NCBI GenBank assembly: GCA_028826165.1 | Contig: JAPDFW010000092.1 | Location: forward strand, 124,001 to 188,000 | DNA length: 64,000 nucleotides | Source of the DNA: Anaeramoeba ignava BMAN | Lineage: Eukaryota; Protista; Anaeramoebae | Direction of reading: 5' to 3' | Shown: positions 1 to 11,488 of the stretch, in pieces | How positions within the stretch are numbered: position 1 is the stretch's first letter | Layout of the letters: the number at the start of each line of letters is the position of its first letter | Position numbers and translations under genes: made by a program | Notes under the pieces: generated by a model | The model's input: only the letters and a program-made list of their open reading frames with translations | Databases searched by the model: none | What the model was told of the DNA's origin: nothing

Positions 1-49
1 ATTTTTCTTTTCTTTTTGAAACAAAATTTTTACAAATAAAAAGATTTTA

Positions 50-3000
50 ATTTTTAAATATAAATATTTAATATAAAATATAAATCTATTTAATTAGAAT
101 ATTTATAATAAAATTAATTAAAATATTTAATTAAATTATATTTAATTTTTAAATATAAAATTAATAAATAATTTTATTAATAATTTAGTAATAAAAATTA
201 ATATAAATATTTAATATAAATTATAAATCTATTTAATCAGAATATTTATAATAAAATTAATTAAAATATTTAATTAAATTATTATTTAATTTTTAAATAT
301 AAAATTAATAAATAATTTTATTAATAATTTAGTAATAAAAATTAATATAAATATTTAATATAAATTATAAATCTATTTAATCAGAATATTTATAATAAAA
401 TTAATTAAATTATTTAATTAAATTATTATTTAATTTTAAATATAAAATTAATAAATAATTTTATTAATAATTTAATAATAAAAATTAATATAAATATTTA
501 TTATAAATTATAAATCTATTTAATTAGAATATTTATAATAAAATTAATTAAATTATTTAATTTAATTATTATTTAATTATTAAATATAAAATTTATAAAT
601 AATTTTATTAATAATTTAATAACAAAAATTAATATAAATATTTAATATAAAATATAAATCTATTTATTAAGAATATTTATAATAAAATTAATTAAATTAT
701 TTAATTAAATTATTATTTAATTTTTAAATATAAAATTAATAAATATTTTTATTAAAAATTTAATAATAAAAATTAATATAAATATTTAATATAAATTATA
801 AATCTATTTAATTAGAATATTTATAATAAAATTAATTAAAATAGTTAATTTAATTATTATTTAATTTTTAAATATAAAATTAATAAATAATTTTATAAAT
901 AATTTAATAATAAAAATTAATATAAATATTTAATATAAATTATAAATCTATTTAATTAGAATATTTATAATAAAATTAATTAAAATATTTAATTAAATTA
1001 TTATTTAATTATTAAATATAAAATTAATAAATAATTTTATTAATAATTTAATAATAAAAATTAATATAAATATTTATTATAAAATATAAATCTATTTAAT
1101 TAGAATATTTATAATAAAATTAATTAAATTATTTAATTAAATTATTATTTAATTTTTAAATATAAAATTAATAAATATTTTTATAAAAAAATTAATAATA
1201 AAAATTAATATAAATATTTATTATAAAAATATAAATCTATTTAATTAGAATATTTATAATAAAATTAATTAAAATATTTAATTTAATTATTATTTAATTT
1301 TTAAATATAAAATTAATAAATAATTTTATTAATAATTTAATAATAAAAATAAATATAAATATTTAATATAAAATATAAATCTATTTAATTAGAATATTTA
1401 TAATAAAATTAATTAAAATAGTTAATTAAATTATTATTTAATTTTTAAATATAAAATTAATAAATATTTTTATAAATAATTTAATAATAAAAATTAATAT
1501 AAATATTTAATATAAATTATAAATCTATTTAATTAGAATATTTATAATAAAATTAATTAAAATAGTTAATTAAATTATTATTTAATTATTAAATATAAAA
1601 TTAATAAATAATTTTATTAATAATTTAATAATAAAAATTAATATAAATATTTATTATAAAATATAAATCTATTTAATTAGAATATTTATAATAAAAATTA
1701 ATTAAAATATTTAATTAAATTATTATTTAATTTTTAAATATAAAATTAATAAATATTTTTATAAAAATTAATAATAAAAATTAATATAAATATTTAATAT
1801 AAATTATAAATCTATTTAATTAGAATATTTATAATAAAATTAATTAAAATATTTAATTTAATTATTATTTAATTTTTAAATATAAAATTAATAAATAATT
1901 TTTTATTAATAATTTAATAATAAAAATAAATATAAATATTTAATATAAAATATAAATCTATTTAATTAGAATATTTATAATAAAATTAATTAAAATAGTT
2001 AATTAAATTATTATTTAATTATTAAATATAAAATTAATAAATAATTTTATTAATAATTTAATAATAAAAATTAATATAAATATTTATTATAAATTATAAA
2101 TCTATTTATTCAGAATATTTATAATAAAATTAATTAAATTATTTAATTTAATTATTATTTAATTATTAAATATAAAATTAATAAATAATTTTATTAATAA
2201 TTTAATAATAAAAATTAATATAAATATTTAATATAAAATATAAATATATTTATTCAGAATATTTATAATAAAATTAATTAAAATATTTAATTTAATTATT
2301 ATTTAATTATTAAATATAAAATTAATAAATAATTTTTATTAATAATTTAATAATAAAAATTAATATAAATATTTAATATAAATTATAAATCTATTTATTC
2401 AGAATATTTATAATAAAATTAATTAAAATATTTAATTAAATTATTATTTAATTATTAAATATAAAATTAATAAATAATTTTATTAATAATTTAATAATAA
2501 AAATTAATATAAATATTTATTATAAAAATATAAATCTATTTAATTAGAATATTTATAATAAAATTAATTAAATTATTTAATTTAATTATTATTTAATTTT
2601 TAAATATAAAATTAATAAATAATTTTATTAATAATTTAATAATAAAAATTAATATAAATATTTAATATAAATTATAAATCTATTTAATTAGAATATTTAT
2701 AATAAAATTAATTAAAATAGTTAATTTAATTATTATTTAATTTTTAAATATAAAATTAATAAATAATTTTATTAATAATTTAATAATAAAAATTAATATA
2801 AATATTTAATATAAAATATAAATCTATTTAATTAGAATATTTATAATAAAATTAATTAAATTATTTAATTAAATTATTATTTAATTTTTAAATATAAAAT
2901 TAATAAATATTTTTAATAATAATTTAATAATAAAAATTAATATAAATATTTAATATAAATTATAAATCTATTTAATTAGAATATTTATAATAAAATTAAT

Positions 3001-4075
3001 TAAAATATTTAATTTAATTATTATTTAATTTTTAAATATAAAAATTAATAAATAATTTTATTAATAATTTAATAATAAAAAATTAATATAAATATTTAAT
3101 ATAAATTATAAATCTATTTATTCAGAATATTTATAATAAAATTAATTAAAATATTTAATTAAATTATTATTTAATTATTAAATATAAAATTAATAAATAA
3201 TTTTATTAATAATTTAATAATAAAAATTAATATAAATATTTAATATAAAATATAAATTTATTTAATTAGAATATTTATAATAAAATTAATTAAAATATTT
3301 AATTTAATTATTATTTAATTTTTAAATATAAAATTAATAAATATTTTTATAAAAATTTAATAATAAAAATTAATATAAATATTTAATATAAAAATATAAA
3401 TCTATTTAATTAGAATATTTATAATAAAATTAATTAAATTATTTAATTTAATTATTATTTAATTTTTAAATATAAAATTAATAAATAATTTTATTAATAA
3501 TTTAATAACAAAAATTAATATAAATATTTAATATAAAAATATAAATCTATTTAATTAGAATATTTATAATAAAATTAATTAAATTATTTAATTTAATTAT
3601 TATTTAATTTTTAAATATAAAATTAATAAATAATTTTATTAATAATTTAATAACAAAAATTAATATAAATATTTAATATAAAATATAAATCTATTTAATT
3701 AGAATATTTATAATAAAATTAATTAAATTATTTAATTTAATTATTATTTAATTTTTAAATATAAAATTAATAAATAATTTTATTAATAATTTAATAATAA
3801 AAATTAATATAAATATTTAATATAAAATATAAATCTATTTATTCAGAATATTTATAATAAAATTAATTAAAATATTTAATTTAATTACTATTTAATTATT
3901 AAATATAAAATTAATAAATAATTTTAATAATAATTTAATAATAAAAATTAATATAAATATTTAATATAAATTATAAATCTATTTATTCAGAATATTTATA
4001 ATAAAATTAATTAAATTATTTAATTTAATTATTATTTAATTATTAAATATAAAATTAATAAATAATTTTATAAAA
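50..4075. repeat. ~144-bp AT-rich tandem satellite, ~28 copies
   Basis: Landmark AAATCT recurs at 82, 225, 369, 512, 656... (spacing 143-144); units nearly identical and almost free of G/C. Confidence 0.95.
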
Positions 4076-4181
4076 AAATTAGTCATTTTTTTGTTTTTTT
4101 TTAATTAAAAATTTTTTTCTTTTTTTATTTTTTTTTTCATTTTTTTCTTTTCTTATTCAAATTTTTTTTTGATAATTTTTT

Positions 4182-6018
4182 ATGTCAATTTTCAAAAGAG
4201 GGATTAACAAATTTAAATTTCAAACACAACTTTTAAACTTTATAGTATGAAATAAAAAAAAAGCAAAAAAAAAAAATTCATTTTGAAAAAAAAAATAAAA
4301 AATAAAAAATTAAATTATAAAAAGGACGAGCAAAATAATTACACAAAAACTCTTCAAAAATTACAAAAACAATATCAAGCCACACAAAAATCATTAGCAG
4401 TTTGGGGTTCTAATGAAGATGAAGTACTTTCTAAAATGATGTATAAATAATTAATTCAAAAAAAATTTTTATTTTCAAATTAAAAAAAAAAGCAAAAAAA
4501 AATTTTTTTTATTCAAAAATCAATTTATTCCAATTATTTTTCTTTTTTAAAAAATTTTTTATATTTAAAATTATAAAAGTAATGAAGTTGCAGAGAATTT
4601 TAGTAAATTTAACGAAGAGTTTAGTGAAGTTATTCAACAGAATGCAAATGCTGTTAATGATTTTAAGTAAGAAATTTTAATTATAAATTTTTAAATGAAT
4701 TTTATTTTTAATTTTAATTTTATTTTTAATTTTAATTTTAATTTTATAAATGAATTTTAATTTTAATTTTATTATTAATTTTAATTTTAATTTTAATTTT
4801 AATTTTAATTTTAATTTTAATTTTAATTTTAATTTTGAATTTTAATTTTAATTTTAATTTTAATTTTAATTTTAATTTTAATTTTAATTTTAATTTTAAT
4901 TTTAATTTTAATTTTAATTTTAATTTTAATTTTATAAATGAATTTTAATTTAAATTTAAATTTAATTTTAATTTTAATTTTAAATTTAATTTTATTTTTA
5001 TTTTTAATTTTTAAATGAATTTTAATTTTTAATTATAATTTTTAAATTTAATTTTAATTTTAATTTTAATTTTAATATTAATTTTTAAATAAATTTATAA
5101 ATTAATTTTAATATTAATTTTAATTTTAATTTTTAATTTTAATTTTAATTTGAATTTTAATTTTAATTTTAATTTTAATTTTTAATTTTAATTTTAATTT
5201 TAATTTTAATTTTAATTTTAATTTTAATTTTAATTTTAATTTTAATTTTAATATTAATTTTAATTTTATTTTTAATATTAATTTTAATTTTAATTTTAAT
5301 TTTAATTTTAATTTTATTTTAAATTAATTTTATTGAATCGAAAAGAACTATTTTAGCAAAGCATAAAGAATTCAAAGAAATGTTCAAAAAATACAAAGCA
5401 GCAGAATCCAAACAAGCCAACGCAATTTCGAAGTTAAACAAAGCACAAAATGCACTCAAAGGAGCAAACGAAAAGAAACGAGCAGTATGCGAATCAAACG
5501 TACAAAAAGCACAAGAAGAAAAAGATCGATGCGTTCAAGAATTCAAAGCAACAGAAAAAGAAAAAAACAAAGTTAGAGATGATGTCCTCAATTTCCAATT
5601 AGTTACAATAAAGAAAATTTACAAAGAATTAACGGAAAAACAAATTGAATTTAACGAAAGTCAACTCAAAAAATTAGAACATCAATTGAATATTTTAAAT
5701 GAAGCTCCAAGTATTTATAACTTCGAAGACGATCAAAAAATCGAGAAAAGATCAGATGACGAAATCAAACCACAAAAATCTTCCGATAAAGAAGATAACC
5801 AAAAGAAATCTGATGCTGTTGAAAGCAAAGAAAGTGATAATGAAAAACCTGATAATGAAAAATCTGATGAGAAAAAAAGTGATGAAAAAAAATCTAGTCA
5901 ATCCAAATCAAATTCAAAATCAAATTCAAAATCAGATTCAAAATCAAATTCAAAATCAAATTCAAAATCAGATTCAAAATCAGATTCAAAATCAAATTCA
6001 AAATCAGATTCAGATTAA
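4182..6018 (+). CDS. Coiled-coil BAR-like protein (Pil1/Lsp1- or FAM92-like) with S/K/D-rich tail, 4 exons
   Basis: Exons 4182-4244, 4325-4440, 4580-4666, 5346-6018 join in frame via GT-AG introns; last exon contains ORF 5380..6018. Long helical pattern; SLAVWGSNEDEVLSKM resembles Pil1/Lsp1 QLSLWGLENDDDVSDI. Confidence 0.7.
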
Positions 6019-6271
6019 GATTAGCAATCTCAGTCTCATTTTTCTTTTTTTCGTTTTTAAGAAATTTTCACTTTCTTAATTTTTCTTTCTTCTTCTTCTT
6101 AATTCTTTTTTTTTTTTTTTAATTCAATCCAAAAAAAAAAATTTTTTTTTCTTTCTTCTTTTAACACAATTTCGTTCTGATTTCCTTCACTTTTAATTTT
6201 GAAATGAAGGTTTGGTTGATGAAATAAAGAAATGACAAATTGAAAAAAAAAAATCAAAAAGAAAAAATTTT

Positions 6272-7943
6272 TCAAAAAAAAAATAAAAAAAAGAAAAGAA
6301 AATTTAAAAAGGAAAAATTGGATTGAATTGATAAATTTAAAATGAAAGAATCAGACAATAATCCATATTGACTTTTTATGATTGGGGCAATTCTAGTTTC
6401 TGATTTTTTAAAAGAAGGACCAATTATTTCAATTTCGATGTTTTCTGTTAAAAAAAGAAAAATTTCTTGATCAATAATTGTTTGAATAAAATATTTTTCT
6501 GCTCCATTAAATTTATTCCAAGAAACAGAAAAACCTTGATTAGTAATTTTGGAATTTATTCCTGAAACAGTTTGGTTTAATTTTTGGAGTTTTGGATCAA
6601 TTTCAACATTTGTGGAAAAATAAGCAAAAGATTCAATTCCACAAAGATTTATTCCACTTTTTATATAAAACTATTTTTTTTTTTCAATTTTTAATTTAGA
6701 TTTGATTTTGAATTTGAATTTTGAATTTTTTACAAATCCATTTTCTCCCCAAGTATTTCCAAAAGAGTTTTTAATAATCCAATAAGAAATTCCATTTTTA
6801 GAAGAAAATCCAATAAGAGTAACTGCATGATTCAAATTTGAAGAAGAACAACCAGAATTAGTTAAAATTCCTTTTGAATAATACATAAGATGAGAAGAAT
6901 CCATTAAAAGAGCAATAGATCCATAAGTGGCAACTAATTGCTTAAGGAATAAAACTGGATCAGAATGGAAAGGAAGATAATAAGAGAAAAAATTTATTGG
7001 GAAAACAAATCTATTTGAATCACAAACAGATTTTCTTATTCCAAAACAAGAATTATCTTGTTGCGAATATTTCCAGAAATTTTCACCACAACCTCCTTTT
7101 AGATGTAGATAATTAAATACAGAAGAAATCCAACCTCCTTGGCATCCATTATTTATTGCACAATTAATAACATCCTCATGATTTAATTCCATTAATATAT
7201 CTTTTTTTTTTTTTAAAATTCCTTCAATAATAGAAATTCCACTTTTGTGGAACAAAATTGAAATATTGAATTTGAATTGAAATATTGAATTTGAATTGAA
7301 TTTGAATTGAAATATTGAATTTGAATTGAATTTGAATTTAATTTGAATTTAATTTGAATTTAATTTGAATTTAATTTGAATTTAATTTGAATTTAATTTG
7401 AATTTAATTTGAATTAGAAATTTACGCAAAAGCCTATTTTTTCCTCATTTTTTAAAAGATTTAAAAAAAAAATTCAATTAATTCTCAAAAATTCCACTTT
7501 TTTTTCCTCTTTCAAAAAAAAAAAAACACAAATTAAATACCCAACAAGATCCACAAAATCCTTGATTTTTCACTGGAGTAATTCCTGAAAATCGAAGATC
7601 AAGAGAATCTGGTAAATCTAAAACAGGAACTAATTCAGAAAAATTGAATTTCTCAAATTTTGAAGTTATTAAATTGAAAACATAATTTTTCATTTTTGGA
7701 TTTGATGCTTTTTCAATAAATTCTTCAAAATTGAAACCAAACAATAAAGATTGATCTAAAAAAACATCTTTTTAAAATTCTTTCTTCTTTTTTTTTTTGA
7801 AATTTTTTTCTTTTACTTTTTTCATTCTCATTTTTTGTAAATTCCAAAATTTGTTCCACTTTTTGATTAATTTGATAATTTGATTGAGAAATAAAAATAA
7901 AAAGGAAAATGAATTGAAAAAATAGTAATTGTTTTTTTCTCAT
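6272..7943 (-). CDS. Papain-family (C1A) cysteine protease with signal peptide, FN3-like C-terminal extension and hydrophobic tail, 5 exons
   Basis: Exons 7943-7817, 7767-7541, 7433-7426, 7241-6734, 6670-6272. Motifs PVKNQGFCGSCWAF, CQGGW, LNHAV, WIIKNSFG..WGENGF, NLCGI give the full Q/C/H/N catalytic set. Confidence 0.92.
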
Positions 7944-8069
7944 TGAAAAGGAAAAAATGAAAAATTAAAATTAAAAATTAAAAATTTAAAATTCTAAAAA
8001 AAACAAATTGACTTTGAAATTTTTTCATTTTTTTCATTTTCATTTTTTTCATTTTTTTCATTTTTTCAA

Positions 8070-8672
8070 ATGGAAATAAAAGAAACTAAAATAACTAAAA
8101 AATTCAATTTAATTTCTCAATTTTATTATTTTAAATTTAGATTGTATTTAAACTTATAAATTTAATCTCAAAAAAATTTAAACTAATAAACAATTTTTAA
8201 AAGAAATTTTTTCCCAAAACAACAACAAAAACAAAAACAAAAAATAGAAAATGTTAAAAATAATTTCAATTCGAAATCATTAATGAAGTTAATTAATTCA
8301 AATTTGATAGTTTTTTATGGACAAACTGGAGCAACTAAAATAAAATTTCACATTCTTGATTTAACAAAAATTAATAAAGAAAACGAATCAATAGTTTTAA
8401 TACGTTGTGAATCTAAGTAAGAAAATTAATTTTTAAATTTTTTAATTTTTTAATTTTTTAATTTTTTAATTTTTTAATTTTTTAATTTTTTAATTTTTTA
8501 ATTTTTTAATTTTTTAATTTTTTAAAATAGTTTTGCAAATCAATTATGGGCTGGTTTAACATTAATTACAAAATATGAAAATATTGATATAAATATTCAA
8601 TTAATTTCTGGTTCAAATTCATTAACATCTTTAAGTTCTGATTCTCGTTTTTTTTTTGAAAATAAATATTAA
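8070..8672 (+). CDS. RPP14: RNase P/MRP subunit Rpp14/Pop5-family protein, 3 exons (absent from the ORF track)
   Basis: Exons 8070-8143, 8204-8416, 8531-8672 give YYFKFRL...FYGQTGA...LIRCESNFANQLWAGLTLITKY...SLSSDSR, matching the Rpp14 pattern (LFGE...ILRI...LWSSLTLL...LSGNSR). Confidence 0.75.
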
Positions 8673-8856
8673 ATTTTTGGATAATAAAAAATAAAATAAA
8701 TATTGAAAGAATTGATATAAAAATTAAATTTAAAATTTCTTTATTTTTGGATCAAAAAAAAAAGTTCAAAAAAATATTATTTCTGTTTAAATTTTTTTGG
8801 AATTAAAAAGTAAAGTAAATATTTTATTGTTTTCTTTCATTCTTTCTAAAAATTAA

Positions 8857-10622
8857 TTAATTTTTTTTTTGTGGTTTTCCTTTTCCTTTTCCTTTTCCTT
8901 TTCCTCTTCCTCTTCCTCTTCCTCTTCCTTTACCTTTTGATTGAGGTTTATTTTGTCTTGGTTTTTTGATTTCTCTTTCAAAAATATTAGCCCAATATTT
9001 CTTTTCTTCTTCACCTGATAAAATGGAAATAACTGGAACTGAACCATTAATTTCAATTTTTTTCTCATTAAATTGTTCTTCAACCAATTTAGCAATAGGA
9101 TCTTTAAATCTAACAAATCCAGAAAGAGCATCATTTGGGAAATCAAGATATCTAATTTGACCAAATTGAGAAAATTCTTTTGTTAGTTGATTTCTTTTTG
9201 TTCCGTTTTTGACTTCTCCAAATTTAATGATATGCATTTTGCTATAATATCTTTTAGTTCCATCCTCTAAAATGACTTCAAATTCATCATCTTTTTTTTC
9301 TTTTTCTTTTTCTTTTTCTTTTTCATCTTCTTTTTCATCTTCTTTTTCTTTTTCTTTTTCATCTTCTTTTTCTTTTTCATCTTCTTTTTCTTTTTCATCT
9401 TTTTCATCTTCTTTTTTTTCATCTTCTTTTTTTTCATCTTCTTTTTCATCTTCTTTTCTTTTTTTGCTTTCATCTTTTTCATCTTCTTTTCGTTTTTCTT
9501 CTGCTTCTTTTTTTCTTTTTTCTCTTTCTAATTTTTTCATTTCAAAATAATCTTTCTTCATCATTTTCAATAATGGATCTTTATCTTCTTCCCATTTTAC
9601 ATCTTCTTTTTCAATAAATGCTTTAGCTTCATCTTCTGTTCCAAATTCAACAAAAACTGATCCCTTTTTTATTTTGAATTTTAATTTTAATTTTAATTTT
9701 GATTTTGATTTTAATTTTGATTTTGATTTTAATTTTAATTTTAAATTTAATTTTAATTTTGATTTTAATTTTGATTTTAATTTTAATTTTATTTTGAATT
9801 TTAATTTTAATTTTAATTTTAATTTTAATTTTAATTTTGATTTTAATTTAAATTTTGATTTTAATTTTCATTTTTAATTTTAATTTTGATTTTAATATTA
9901 TTTTTAATTATTTTAATTTTAATTTTTAAATGAATTTTTAATTTTAATTTTAATTTTAATATAAAATACCTTAAATTCTTTTGTTGGTGGAAATCTTCTC
10001 ATTCTAATTTCAAGTATTTTACCAAATTTATTAAAAAATTCTTGTAAATTATCAAGATTGATATCTTTAGGAAATCCTTTCTAAATAAAAAAAACAAATT
10101 ATATATTTTTATAATAAAAAAAATAAAAAATTATAACGGAAAATAAGATTTTTGAATTTTGAAAGAAATTAATTATAAATAAAATACGCAATAAATAGAA
10201 CGAGATAAAGAACTGTAAAAATCAGCCATTGGAGTTGATCTTTTAACGCTTTCATTATCTTCTGAAAGTATTAAATCTTGACTTTGTTTAAGGGATTCTT
10301 TTATTAAATTTAAATCTTCTGTTAAATTTTTAACTCGATTAAATTTTAAAAATTCTGAAATTGAAACAACTAAATCAATATTTTGTTCCAATTATTTTAA
10401 TCCGTTATTTTTTTTTGTTGTTTATATTATAAATTGAATGAGTATTCGATAAAATGAAATATTGATAAAAAAATTTTTTTTCTTTATTTATTTACATCCT
10501 TCTGTATTTTTTGAAATTAATTTTTTCATAAAATGATCTCTTTTTAAATTTGAATCAGAAAAATAATATTCTATTTGTTTTTGGATTTTTTGTTTAAGTT
10601 CTTGATCTTTTTCTTGACTCAT
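8857..10622 (-). CDS. La protein / La-related (La motif + RRM1 + acidic linker + RRM2 + GR/GK basic tail), 4 exons
   Basis: IQKQIEYYFSDSNLKRD, FLKFNRVKNLT, RSIYCKGFP, FKGSVFVEF after splicing; ends in ORF 8857..9570. Confidence 0.92.
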
Positions 10623-10839
10623 TTTTAATTTAATTTAATTTAATTTAAAAAAATGAAAAATGAAAAATGAAAAAAAAATGAAAAAAAAATTAAAAATAAA
10701 TTACGTTAATTTATATTTTTTTATTTATTTATAAATTATTATTCACATATAATTTTAATATATATAATTTAATATGTATAATTCAAAAAAAACAAAAATA
10801 AAAACAAAAATAAAAACAAAAACAAAAATAAAAACAAAA

Positions 10840-11400
10840 ATAAAAAGTGGAACAAATTAATTTAATTCAATTCAATTCAATTCATTTCAATTCAAAATAA
10901 AAAGTGGAACAAATTAATTCAATTTAATTCAATTCATTTCAATTCAAAATAAAAAGTGGAACAAATTAATTCAATTCAATTTAATTCAATTCAATTCAAA
11001 ATAAAAAGTGGAACAAATTAATTTAATTCAATTCAATTCAATTCAATTCGATTCAAAATAAAAAGTGAAACAAATTAATTCAATTCAATTTAATTCAAAA
11101 TAAAAAGTGGAACAAATTAATTCAATTTAATTCAATTCAATTCAATTCAATTCAATTCAATTCAATTCAATTCAATTCAATTCAATTTATTTCAATTTAT
11201 TTCAATTTAATTTAATTCAATTCAAAATAAAAAGTGGAACAAATTAATTCAATTCAATTTAATTTAATTTAATTCAAAATAAAAATAAAAACAAAAACAA
11301 AAATAAAAATAAAAAGTGGAACAAATTAATTTAATTCAATTCAATTCAATTCAATTTAATTCAATTCAATTCAAAATAAAAAGTGAAACAAATTAATTTA
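10840..11400. repeat. Minisatellite: AAATAAAAAGTGGAACAAATTAAT plus variable (AATTC)n
   Basis: About 9 copies of the constant core separated by variable pentamer runs. Confidence 0.85.
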
Positions 11401-11488
11401 ATTCAATTCAATTCAATTTAATTCAATTTATTTCAATTCAAATTTATTCTTAATTCAAATTAAATTGATTTTAATTTAAATTTTGATT

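Noticed and set aside
10374-10466. 10-bp inverted repeat (ATCAATATTT) in La intron 1 near the acceptor
   Set aside because: Expected by chance at this AT content.
10840-11400. CRISPR-like repeat-spacer appearance
   Set aside because: Spacers are simple (AATTC)n runs, not unique sequence; no cas genes; eukaryotic context.
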